Shown here piece by piece: positions 1-12,294 of a stretch of 64,000 bases of DNA (position 1 is its first letter; each line of letters opens with the position of its first letter). The notes under the pieces were generated by a model. It was not told the DNA's origin, searched no databases, and saw only the letters and a list, made by a program, of their open reading frames with translations. The stretch spans positions 23,318,401-23,382,400 of the forward strand of contig CM120641.1 in NCBI GenBank assembly GCA_051362555.1, given 5' to 3'. A program made the translations under genes and the position numbers. Origin of the DNA: Lingula anatina. Its lineage: Eukaryota > Animalia > Brachiopoda.

Positions 1-608
1 AGATAACAGAAAGGCAGACATGATAAAACTGTCAAGGGCAGTTTAGAATATTTGTGTTTAGTATATATGTCATCTTCAGTGTATATTTTGAATATTTAAT
101 TATATCGAATTATTTCAAGTTGCATATGAAGGTGTAGATTCCCTGTAATGCTTGTAAAGCACTACTACCAGTATCTCACACAAATCAAAGTTCACATGGC
201 AAATAAACCAAATTAATAACCCAATCAGCCAAAATGACACTTTTACCATGAATTTATGGTTATAAATTTAGCCTACTTATCTGTCCCTCTAGTTTGTAAA
301 AGTCTGCCAAATGATGTAGTAATGTATAATACATTACTGTGCACAATAGCATAATTATTCAAATAAGGTTTGGTGAAAACTACCAAGGGCTATACATAGC
401 ACAGAAAGAAAGCTGAAAATGTTTGTTCAGACATCATTTTAGGGGAGTATGGAATGATGCCGTTTGGTATTTCTATAAGTTGTGCTATTTGAAACTATAT
501 GGTGGCATATGGTTTGAGTTCAGGAGCAAAGATTTGACATGTCAACTCGCTTCAAATAGATCTTGAACTGATAAATAAAGTCTCAAAATTACATCATTCA
601 CTTTCCAG

Positions 609-672
609 ATACCTGGAGGACTTTGATGCTAATGTGATGCAGATGCCACCCTATCCTGGACCCCCAGTGTGA
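609..672 (+). CDS. Probable terminal coding exon of an unidentified upstream gene (...YLEDFDANVMQMPPYPGPPV*)
   Basis: Acceptor ctttccag at 601-608, a more GC-rich open stretch ending TGA 670-672, and several AATAAA downstream (~1012-1030, ~1085, ~1178). The protein is not recognised. Confidence 0.55.
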
Positions 673-1646
673 AGTACACAGAGATCTGGTGATATTGATC
701 TTATGTGGATGTGCATGTGGATGTGTGACCATCATCCTAGTTCAGATTGTGATGCGATTGTAAACAAGGGCTTTTTATGAACATTTGAGACAAGTGCATC
801 AAGAGATATTATTCCAGTAGTACTTTTTTACCTTAATAACTATAATCAGTAAATGTTGTTAAGTATTTATTGTGTAGATGTTGTTTTGACTTACAGTGCA
901 AGGTTGAAACCTGGTTTTGATCTACATGTCATTGTGCGTTATAGTCTGTGTATTAGAATGTACCACTGGAATGACTTTTCTTTGAATACTGGTCTGCAAA
1001 GCAGATTAAAAAATAAATAAAAATAAATAAAATATCAGATAGTTTTCACCTGATTTGAATGCAAAAACATTTGAAAATGCATTTAATAAAATGTTTCAAG
1101 TATTTTCATTTGAAATAATCAAAATATTAAAATTTTGTTTTGAAATATTCTGTTACTTTTATTAGAACTGTGTCAAAATAATAAAAATAACAATAATAAC
1201 TGAAGGCTTTCTTTTTATTTAAGATTTGAAGCAACCGTGGTAATAGTGTAATTTAACCTTCACATCAGCATCTAACTTCTATGTGCTAAGTCACATATTA
1301 ATAAAATGATTGTTTCATTATTATTACCAATGTTTAACTAGCCACCTTATAATCATTGCATATAAAATCTTGAGAGAGAGTTTTAGGGTCTGGTTCTTTC
1401 TGTTGATATGTTCTTAAATAGTGAAAGCTTTAATCTTCCCTGAATTTTTATATGAATAACAGGTAGTACTTGTCAGATCTCATTGGATAATTTCCAAAGT
1501 TTTGGGGAATGTCAAAACTGGAATCTCAAGAACATCATCCTTTCACTTAAATCTCACCAGATCTGACGCATCTGCTTCTGTCATGTGTGGCGTCTCTGGC
1601 TAATTTTTGATTTAGAAAAATTGTTTTCTCCAAACCAACAGTTCTT

Positions 1647-2497
1647 TCATCTACTTTGTCTGCTTTTCCTCAGTCCTTTCAAACCAGGTGAGGTCTGAGT
1701 TGCTATGCTGGACTTGGTCACCGTCTTCCTAACCTGCTTGCTTACTTTCTTCTTTGCTAAAACAAAATAAGGTCTAGATATATTTGCTTTACTCTATACA
1801 ATACATGCCAACACAAAATAATAACACAGTGGGTGATAAGTATCAAAGTGGAAATGTTATCAAGCAAGTAGCTGCTGGCAAGGCAAGCTCCTAAGTATTC
1901 AAACTACTGGCCGAAGTTTGATCAAGCATCTGGAGTTGGACAGATAGTTTGAGTATGAGTTAGGTACACAGCCAACATAGAGTCAGTGCCTACAGTTGTC
2001 ATCACAGGTGTAGAGATTGTACAAGAATGGAAGAAAAAAATGATGCCTTGGACATGGATTACAATTTCAATAAGAGGTAATATTTGCACAGCTTTCCAAT
2101 CTGCATATAGCTGTTCATGCCATGGAGCTGAAACATGGATGTTAGAGCTTTTTTTTTTTGTCATTCCACAGTTATCTAATTATCCAATTTGATTCTGATT
2201 CAAACTCTGTAGAACTTTTCAAAATCTGAAAAGCAGCCATAAGCATTGGGGCATGGTCAAAGAGGGGAAGATGTCTCCCATCTTAGTAAAGGGCAGGAGA
2301 CCCTTTACTAAGTGTCCAACTAAACCATTTTGTGCAGGGGACAACCAAGAAACATGCTCAATATTTCAAATGCATCTACTCTTACTCCCTACCTTTGCCA
2401 TTGTTTCTTGCCTCAATTAAACCAGAGCACAGAAACTATTTCCTGCAGGAAAAAATTACTGACATAATACTTATATTCTGTTCCAGATGCTGACAAA

Positions 2498-2536
<39 letters not shown>

Positions 2537-5500
2537 AATAAAATAGAATCAAATATGAAAAATAAATAAATAAATAAATACATGGCACTGTGCGTTTTAA
2601 ATATCTTTGTTCAAGACAAATTATCTTCAAAGTCAGGTGTGACTTATTTCAGTACACAATGACACAAAATGGTACAAGGAGAAAATATTTTAAATGCAGC
2701 TAATATTTCTTGTCATTTTATAAAGCTATTAAATACCCACCTGTTGGAGTGTGCCTAGGGGAACTAGTGCCAGGTGACTTGGCTTTGGATGCAGATCCTC
2801 TTGGAGACTTTACTGCAGCTGGTGATTTTGCTACTAAAACATATACGAAATACAATTAAGTAGGTAAATGGTTTTCAATTATTTGTATAATGTTTAACTA
2901 AATGATCGTAAAATATGCTTAAATCTAAAATATTAATCATAACCCAACTCTAGGGTCTATGATGGGTCCTAGATTAATTCCAACAAGAAAAACTAGAGGA
3001 TCAGAGAGGCGATACCGCCTCCGGATATTGTACCACCAGCTGGAGTAAGTGCATTCGTATGGACCCCCCCCCTCCTAAAAGGGACACCATCACCAGTCTT
3101 GTGTTTGAGAAGCTCTATAAGATGCAATCAACAAGAGTTCTCAAAATATGCAAAAAAATATAACTAAAAATGGTACAATCAAGCAGATTTTCGAATTGAC
3201 TTGCATTTTCCTACCCTTGATCACTACTGTATTCTCTAGACAAAAGGCCTATTGGTTTTCCTTGAAATGTGTTGTCAATGGTGCATATATGCTGACAAAA
3301 GAGAAAACCTTGGGGAAACAATGGGCACATCTCTGCTAGTTTTAAAGATATGAGAGGCAAGAAAATATGCAAAGCTCAGTTCATGGTGAAAAAGTAGGTC
3401 AAAGGTCAATTTCAATATCATAGTATATGAATTTCTATTCAAGTTCAATAGCAACCATGGGCATTTCTTTGCCAATTTTGCAGATTCAAAGGCCAGAAAA
3501 CATGCAAAAAGCAGTTCATCATAAAAAGTAGGTCAAAGGTCAATTTCAAGGTCACAGATTGCTAGTGTATTACTTCCTATTCAAGTTCAATAGTAAGTAT
3601 AGACCTATCTCTGTCAGTTTTGGAGATAAAGGTGAACGAAAATTTGCAAAGTTCAGTTCATAGTAAAAGGAAGGTCAAAGGTCAATTTAAAGGTCACAGT
3701 AAATTGCCAGTATATGACTTCCTATTTAAGTTCAATAGTAACTATGGATCTATCACAGCCAGTTTTGGAGATAAAAGGGAAAGAAAATCTGCAAAGTTCA
3801 ATTCATGATGAAAAGTAGGTCAAAGGTCAATTTCAAGGTCACACTTAGATTGCCAGTATATGACTTCCTATTCAAGTTCAATAGTAACTATGGACCTATC
3901 TCTGCCAGTTTTGGAGATAAAAGGGAATGAAAATTTGCAAAGTTCAGTACATGGTGAAAAGTAGGTCAAAGGTCAATTTTAAGGTCACAATAAAATGTCT
4001 CTAATGACTTTCTAATCTAATTCAATAGTAACTATGGGCGAATCTTTGCCAGTTTTGGAGATTAAAGGGAACAAAAATTTGCAAAGTTCAGTTCATGATA
4101 AAAAGTAGGTCAAAGGTCAACGTCAAGGTCAGAGTAAATTGCCTCTAATGACTTCCTATTCAAGTTCAATTGTAACTATGGACCTATCTCTGCCAGTTTT
4201 GGAGATAAAAGGGAATGAAAATTTGCAAAGTTCAGTACATGGTGAAAAGTAGGTCAAAGGTCAATTTTAAGGTCACAATAAAATGTCTCTAATGACTTTC
4301 TAATCTAATTCAATAGTAACTATGGGCGAATCTTTGCCAGTTTTGGAGATAAAAGGGAACAAAAATTTGCAAAGTTCAGTTCATGATAAAAAGTAGGTCA
4401 AAGGTCAACGTCAAGGTCAGAGTAAATTGCCTCTAATGACTTCCTATTCAAGTTCAATTGTAACTATGGACCTATCTCTGCCAGTTTTGGAGTTTAAACG
4501 GAACAAAAATTTGCAAAGTTCAGTTCATGGTGAAAAGTAGGTCAAAGGTCAATTTCAAGGTCACATCTAGATTCCAAGTAAATGACTTCCTATTCAACTT
4601 AAATAATAACTATTGACCACCTCTGCCAGTTTTGGAGATATAAGGGACTAAATGTTACAATTCCGAGTTACAATAATGTGCCACCACAAAGTACTTTTTA
4701 ATACAGCATAACACGAAAACCCTTTGAAATACAAAAAAAACGGAGACCACTCTCAGTGTTGGGCTTTACATGCTCTATAAAATGCAAAAAAGAACGGGTC
4801 GCTAGCATTAACGGTTCCCGAATTAGAGACAGTTTTCAGTTTCGGTATCTTATGGCCGCTACTCCCGAGAAAATGCACCGATTGACCCCAAATTCATGGA
4901 GATGAAAGATGACCCAAAGGGTAACACTTTCCAATATAATTATTGGTTAAGTCTGTGTAGTGTCTGAATAACAGTGCAAATAATATTTTTTTTCGTAAAA
5001 AATTTCATTTTTTTGAAAATTTTGGCCCGTTTGACCTTGAAATAAAGGTCAAAGGTCAAATCCAAGGGCATATTTGAAATCTACACATATGACTTTTGGA
5101 AAGCCGTCTGTAGAAATTTTTCCCATAATTCCTTCCGTAGGGTAGATAATTGGCATTGAATTTTCAAAAATTTTGACAAGGGTGCATTGCAACGAGCGTC
5201 ACGCCCAGGTCAATGCACCGACTGAGACAAAAAAACCTGGGGGTTCAAGTTGAGGTTATATGTGACCTAAATCCAAGAGATGGGGACAGGGGTCCTTGTG
5301 GTCTAGGAGGAGAAGCGGTAACGGTGACTTGTATCCGGCGCCAGTACGCGGAGCCGGCGGAGCTGGACGAGACGGGTCGGGACTAAAACCATGAGTACCG
5401 CCAGCGTACACGCTGGTGGTACTAATAAGCAGAAGCTAAACATAACAGTTAAATAGAAACTGTTCAGCAATATCTTTTGTCATATATTTATTGTTTTGGT

Positions 5501-6984
5501 GAGCATTTTGTTAATTCTTTGTCCCAAAAAATTAACTAGAATTATTCCATAAAAGCATTTGCCAAAAGCAAAGAATACAAACCAGCTGGTGTTCGCCTTG
5601 GGGATTTGACAGGAGTTTTTGCTGGGGACACTCGATGTTTAGGGGATTTTACTGCAGTCTTCTTAGCTTTCTTTTTCGGAGATAGTGTGTCACTTACATT
5701 GTCACTTTCTCTCTTTCTGCCCTTCTGGTTGATAACATATCATTAAAATATTAATCAAAATCCAACGAAATTGTATGTGTAGATGTAAATAATCAACATC
5801 AATCAACGAAATCACAATTTCTCTCAGATAAATAAGTGTCAGGGGTATATAAATCACATTCTGTTTTATTAGTGGCATTTTTGTTTTCAATTTTTGTCCA
5901 ATTTTCTACTCTCTTCCATCACATTATTAGCTGTGCAGACAGTGCAATGATGAACAGTCACAGTTTTCATTGCCTATGAATACCATTCCTGCATGGGCAA
6001 CATACAGTATAACTGTGCAGCAGACACCAATATCATGAAATCCCACTTACTTTGTAACTGAAAAGTTTATTAAATTTGACCAAAAGAATGGTAATTTCTA
6101 GTGAACACACTAACCTTTGGTGACAGTGGCAACCCCAGGTTCAATTTCCCATTGATTCCTGCCCCACATTTCTTTAATCCATCTTTCATTAGTTTTCTTA
6201 AGTGGTCATAATCAGGAGTTTCAGCATAATCAAGCTTGGAAACATACTGGAGATATTTGGCTATTGCAGCTGGGGAGGACAAAAAAGGACAAACACTACA
6301 TCACTGACAGTTCTGGTCATCACGTGGATCCTAAACATCAAACACTACCAGCTGATTCAATGATTTCCTCTTCTTTTCAAATGGTTCTCTTTTTTTGTGC
6401 TTTTGAAAGGAATGGTGTTAACTTTTTGAGTAATTTCAAAATAACCCATACACGTTTCTCATAGTGCACGGAATGAAGACTTTATAAAAATATCATTTGA
6501 GACTGTCTCACCTGGTGCCTCTCCCTTGGGGAAGCATGCCTTCATCAGGCTTGGTATATCTTCCATGTATCTGAAACAACAACATCATCATGCTATCAGT
6601 TTTTACTATGAAAGGGGCACTTTGTCTTAAAACTGAATGCTAAGTTTAGTTTAATTAAAAATAATGTACACTAAAACTGTTCATACAGAATGATCTATCG
6701 AACTTATCTACCACCTGCCGGTAATAAAGTACTGTAATCAATACATCACTCTCTTAAGTACTTACTTGAGTTTTTGATCTCTGACAAAGTCTTTGTTCTC
6801 TAAATTACTTTCCCATGGTAACCGACCACACAGCCATTGTAGTAGGCAATATCCAAGAATTTCTATGTCACCCCTTCTTGAAGGTGCTGAAAATGAAGAG
6901 CAATTACCACTGGTAGTTTGGAAGGGCTAGACTTCAAACTGATGATCATGATAATGATGATATGATTTAACTTTAAACTTGAAA

Positions 6985-7019
<35 letters not shown>

Positions 7020-10000
7020 ACTAGAGGATCAGAGAGGCGATACCGCCTCCGGATATTGTACCACCAGCTGGAGTAAGCGCATTCGTATGGAACCCCCCCC
7101 CCAAAAAAAAAGGGACACCATCACCAGTCTTGTGCTTGACAAGCTCTATAAAATGCAATCAACAAGAGTTCTCAAAATGTGCAAAAAATTATAACTAAAA
7201 ATGGTACAATCAAGCAGATTTTTGAATTGACTTGCATTTTCCTACCATTGATCCATCCTGTGATTCTCTAGACAAAAGGCCTATTGGTTTTCCTTAAAAT
7301 GTGTTGTCAGTGGTGCATATATGCTGACAAAAGAGAAAACCTAGGGGCAACACCGGGCACATCTCTGCTAGTTTTGAAGATATGAGGAGCAAGAAAATAT
7401 GCAAAGCTCAGTTCATGGTGAAAAAGTAGGTCAAAGTCAATTTCAACATCATAGTATATGAATTTCTATTCAAGTTCAATAGTAACCATGGGCATTTCTT
7501 TTCAAGTTTTGCGGATTTAAAGGGCAGAAAACATGCAAAAAGCAGTTCATCATAAAAATTAGGTCAAAGGTCAATTTCAAGGTCACAGTTAGATTGCCAG
7601 TGTATTACTTCCTATTCAAGTTCAATAGTAACTATGGACCTTTCTCTGCCAGTTTTAGAGATAAAAGGGAATGGAAATTTGCACATTTCAGTTCATGGTA
7701 AAAAGTAGGTCAAAGGTTAATTTTAAGGTCACAGTAAATTGCCAGTATATGACTTCCTATTCAAGTTCAATAGTAACTATGGGCATATCTTTGCCAGTTT
7801 TGAAAGTATAAGCATTAAAAAAGTTGCAAAGTTCAGTTTATGGTGTAAAGTAGGTCAAAGGTCAATTTCAAGGTCACAGATAAATTGCCAGTATGTGACT
7901 TCCTATTCAACTTCAATAGTAACTATAGACCTATCTCTGCCAGTTTTGGAAATAAAAGGGAACCAAAATTTGCAAAGTTCAATTCATGATGAAATTTAGG
8001 TCAAAGGTCAATTTAAAGGTCACTCCTAGATTGCCAGTATATGACTTACTATTCAAGTTCAATAGTAACTATGGACCTATCTCTGCCAGTTTTGGAGATA
8101 AAAGAGAAGCAAAATTTGCAAAGTTCAATTCATGGTGAAAAGTAGGTCAAAGGTCAATTTTAAGGTGACATTTAGATTGCCAGTATATGACTTCCTATTC
8201 AAGTTCAATAGAAACTATGGACCTATCTCTGCCAGTTTTGGAGATAAAAGGGAACCAAAATTTGCAAAGTGCAGTTCATCATGAAAAGTAGGTCAAAGGT
8301 CAATTTCAAGGTCAGTTAGATTACAAGTATATGACTTCCTATTCAAGTTCAATAGTAACTATGGGTGTATCTCTGCTAATTTTGTAGTATTTCACATTTT
8401 ATTTTCACCACTAAATATTGGATGTTGAACTGTCGATATAGTACAATGCCTAAGCCGTATCGAAAACAAAAAACGGACACCAACTTCAGTGTTGTGCTTG
8501 ACAAGCTCTACAAAATGAAAAAAACAAGAGGTCTCTGGCATTAACAGTTCCAGAATTTGAGAGAGTTTTCAGTTTTGGCATCTAATGGCCGCTACTCCCG
8601 TGAAAATGCACCGATTGACCCCAAACTCACAAAGATGAAAGAAGACCCTAAGGGTAACACCTGTCCATAATATCATAAGTTAGATCTGAAAAGTTTCTGA
8701 AAATCGGCATAAAATAATAATTTTTTTTGCAAAAAAATCCCATTTTTAGAAAATTTTGGCCCGTTTGACCTTGAAATAAAGGTCAAAGGTCAAATCCAAG
8801 GGCATATTTGAAATCTCCACATATGACTTTCGGTCAGCCATCTGTAGAATTTTTTCACATAATTCCTTCGGTTTGGGAGATATTTAGCATTGAATTTTCA
8901 AAAATTTTGACAAGGGTGCGTTATAACGAGTGCCATGCCCAGGCCAATGCACCGACTGAGACAAAAAAAACAGGGGGTTCAAGATGAGATTATATGTGAC
9001 CAAAATCCAAGAGATGGGGACACAGGTCCTTGCGGTCTAGGAGGAGAAGCGGTAACGGTGACTTGTATCCCACGCCATCCTGCGGAGCCGCATGAGCCGG
9101 CGGAGCCGCAGGAGCCGGCGGAGCTGTACGAGACGGGTCGGGACTAAAACCATGAGTACCGCCAGCGTACACGCTGGTGGTACTAATAAATAAATAAAAC
9201 TAGAGAACAAAGCCAATAAATACACAGACACCATACATGAAACAAGGCAGCAAAGCTGACAAATGTTCAGACATTCAGACGCAGAATAATTACTTTAAAT
9301 GGATCAATCGTGCCACTTTTGGAAAGCAAGCTACTTCTTTACCAAACAAAGCAACTCAGTAAATTTACAGTAAAGCAAAAATAGTTTGGCAGTTATGGGG
9401 TGAATGTCATGTGTCAGACAGTGACAGCACAGACAGACAGACCAATCAGTGTATATACAGACATTTTAGGTGTAAGACACTGTAAGTGTCTGTATATAAT
9501 CAGCTATACTGACCTGCCCCAACATGAGCATCTCTACTGGTGAATTCTATTGTCCCATCATGTGCTTTTCTGGGGTCCTCTTTGTATTCTTTGTGCTTTC
9601 CATCACATGAGAATTTGAATGCAAGACCATAATCAACTAAATACACCTAACAGAAGAGAAAAATATTTTACACACAATTTGCAATTATGCTGTAATCCAG
9701 AATTCACAAGAAAGAGCTTTTAATAAAATTTAATTGCTCAAAATGGCTAATGGCTTCTGTGCGATTAATCTTATATCCAGTTTCAAGCTAGATCACATGC
9801 TGAAGAACCCATGTCACAAATTCAGTCTGCCAAAATACATTTTAGTCTACTGGAGATCTGGGGCACCAGGGTCTAAGAATCTCCTGATCCAAAGCAGCCT
9901 TAGAGATCTGTAACTGAACAAGTTTACCCAATTTTACTAGTCTGGCTTTCTGGGGCCCTGAGTAAACATCTCTGACTATCAAAGAACATACCTAACATTG

Positions 10001-11242
10001 TATGCATAAGACTTTTGTTACACCTTTTCCATACCTGGTCTGTGTCTTTAAATCCTTCCAGCATATTTGATGCTTTTATATCTGCATGGACATATTCCTT
10101 GGAATGGATATACTCTAAGGCATCCAGCTAAAAAGGTAAAAACTAGTTTATTGTACCATTATGATAAAAACTACATATTTAAATAGCAATGTTGCCAGCT
10201 AAATCCCTGTTAATGAACACAGTGCTTATACCTCTTGGTCAATATCTTATTCTCTAAGTCAATATTTAAAGATATCTGGCAAAAAATGACTCAATCTTGT
10301 CAAATTAAAATAAACTTTCAACCAAATTATCACAGATGTATAAACATGGCAACCTATGCTAAAATGTACCATTCTTAGTCCCAATCTATACACAGCCTCT
10401 GTGGGAAATCTCTTTCCATTCCTTTCAAATTTCTTCTGCAGATCTTCTCCAAATCTCTCCATGATCATGAAGCGGTATTTTGTTCCATTTTTTTCACTGG
10501 ATCCCATGGCTATAAATTTGGGAACCCCTAATACTTTCATTTTGTGCTTTGATTTCCATTGGTCAACTGTAAATCAAAATAACATGCGAAAGATCCAATA
10601 ATTTATTAGAAAGTTCATCTAGAAAAACAAAAATATAAGTATTTTCCATTAACATCATAGCCTTCTCAATCACATATAAAAAAATCAAGATTAAAACTGA
10701 AATAATGCATGAACACTTACTCATATCTGGCTTTGCGACTCTTTGGTAAAATGCTAGTTCACAAAATAATGGTCCATTCCCATGTGGCTCCTATGAATAG
10801 AACATAACAGCAATTTATAAAGATGACTGATAGATGTATGCTTTGATAGACCCCCTATTGGTTTCCACACAGTCATATCACACATGTGTACATAATATTG
10901 CATCAATAGACCCCAAAGAAATCAATAAACTGAATGCTTTTTGTACTTAAAAAATTGTTAAGTCACTATTTAGTCAATTAGACATTATGTAATTGTTAAA
11001 GGGAAGTCTAACGGTATTTTCTCATTTAGCGGGTTCTGGGAAGACAATAATATTGCAAACACTTGGAGCAAGGGTCCACTGGTGTGAGTATGTGTTTATG
11101 CACAAGGACCTACTGATATGACTCTACTTCAATTATCAATTACATGAAAAGATCATAGTATGCTATTCACATTAAAAAATTCAAAAATCAACCCACCAAA
11201 GAAATTAATAGAATATTTATATAATATTACTACATACCAATA

Positions 11243-11339
<97 letters not shown>

Positions 11340-12294
11340 GTTTTGGGTTTTTCTCTTAAATCTATGACTGAGTCATTAACAAAGTAAAACGTCAAATATA
11401 TTTACAAATGGCAAGTTCAAATTAAATCAGTTGCCTGTTTTCATTCCTGTTTATAGACCAGTGTCAAGAAAGTGAGAAGAATGTACATATGTTCATCTTA
11501 GAACACCCCTGCTGCTCTGGAAGCTGACAGTATTCTTAGTAAGGTACAGACAGAATCACACTTACAATTTTAACAACGTAATCTTTTGCAGCTCCATCTA
11601 ATGTGTTGTCTGCAGATGTAGCTAAAAAAATCAACAATAAATATATGATGGCAAATAATCACTTTTATCTTGAAAAATATATTGGATCTTATTATGATAA
11701 TAATAATAATAAAGTTGAAAAAATTCATAGCAAAACATTCTAACACAATTAATTCACACATATATGCTGACACAATGGCACATAAAAAAAGGGTACATCA
11801 CTAATTATTTTCTTTTGACATTACCAGTACTCTTATGGTTTGTATACAAAAATTTAATGCAGATAACAGTACCTGAATATAGCAGTCCAAACCCCCCTGA
11901 GCCTACTGCCTTGCCAACCTTCCACTGGCGTTTGAATATATCTGCGAGTATTGTTCCCTCAGGAAGGGGAGCTGCCAACTGATATGCCTTGGGTGTAGCT
12001 CTTGCTTTCTTTGCTGAAAAATGAATGTAATATTAAATGCATGAAATCTACAGCACAATTTTTACTGTCCTCTAAACAGAAGAAGAAATTTTAAATCATT
12101 TTTCCCCTGACAAATAGAGCATCAGTGCATAAAATCCAGTTTAAGCAAAACACAAAATATACGATACAAACAAAACAGTCAAATAAAAACATTTTGTATT
12201 TTTTAAAATTGTAATTTTAAAATCAAGATGAATTTAAAAATGTGATCTTACCTGGTGTAGAAGAGCCTGCTGCTTGTTTTCTTTTGGGTGGCAT
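1647..12294 (-). CDS. VRK1: Vaccinia-related kinase (VRK1/ballchen-like Ser/Thr kinase), 13 coding exons
   Basis: In-frame exons (- strand): 12294-12252, 12013-11873, 11621-11566, 10790-10721, 10566-10370, 10127-10035, 9646-9514, 6886-6766, 6570-6512, 6269-6115, 5724-5583, 2833-2741, 1756-1647. Motifs: [82 protein letters not shown]. Basic SP-rich tail. Confidence 0.95.
2495..2580. repeat. (AAAT)n microsatellite
   Basis: Directly visible, imperfect in the middle. Confidence 0.9.
2993..5426 (-). mobile_element. Non-autonomous Helentron/HINE-type element, copy 1, in a VRK1 intron
   Basis: On the - strand the 5' end ATTAGTACCACCAGCGTGTACGCTGGCGGTACT forms a hairpin. A subterminal inverted copy GTACCACCAGC lies at 3030-3040 (+). 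The 3' stem-loop GAGGCGGTATCGCCTC is followed by CTAG. Flanked by TT on both sides with no TSD. Carries a central tandem array, and a second copy exists at 7021-9187. Confidence 0.85.
3340..4650. repeat. Internal ~144-bp tandem repeat array (~9 units) of HINE copy 1
   Basis: AAAAGTAGGTCAAAGGTCAATTT or a close variant recurs at ~3390, 3525, 3666, 3811, 3957, 4101, 4245, 4389, 4533. Confidence 0.95.
7021..9187 (-). mobile_element. Non-autonomous Helentron/HINE-type element, copy 2, inserted in an (AAAT)n tract in a VRK1 intron
   Basis: Termini identical to copy 1 (+ strand ctagaggatcagagaggcgataccgcctccgg ... ccagcgtacacgctggtggtactaat). (TAAA)n on both flanks. Confidence 0.85.
7370..8385. repeat. 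Internal ~145-bp tandem repeat array (~7 units) of HINE copy 2
   Basis: Same unit at ~7423, 7555, 7701, 7847, 7993, 8138, 8284. Confidence 0.95.
11242..11337. repeat. (CA)n microsatellite
   Basis: Directly visible. Confidence 0.98.

Noticed and set aside
1922-2050. Possible box C/D snoRNA or alternative VRK exon (- strand GTGATGA...CTGA)
   Set aside because: No terminal D box with a closing stem, no recognisable guide, and no convincing splice acceptor.
3340-8385. Regular repeats as a CRISPR array
   Set aside because: The whole ~144-bp unit repeats with no unique spacers, the context is a eukaryotic intron, and there are no cas genes.
3148-9234. Short ORFs within the HINE copies (e.g. 3620-3808, 7739-7999, 8935-9147)
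   Set aside because: Translations of non-coding repeats; frames are not preserved between copies and there are no Rep/helicase motifs.
11153-11395. ORFs with (CV)n or (HT)n
   Set aside because: Translations of the (CA)n microsatellite.
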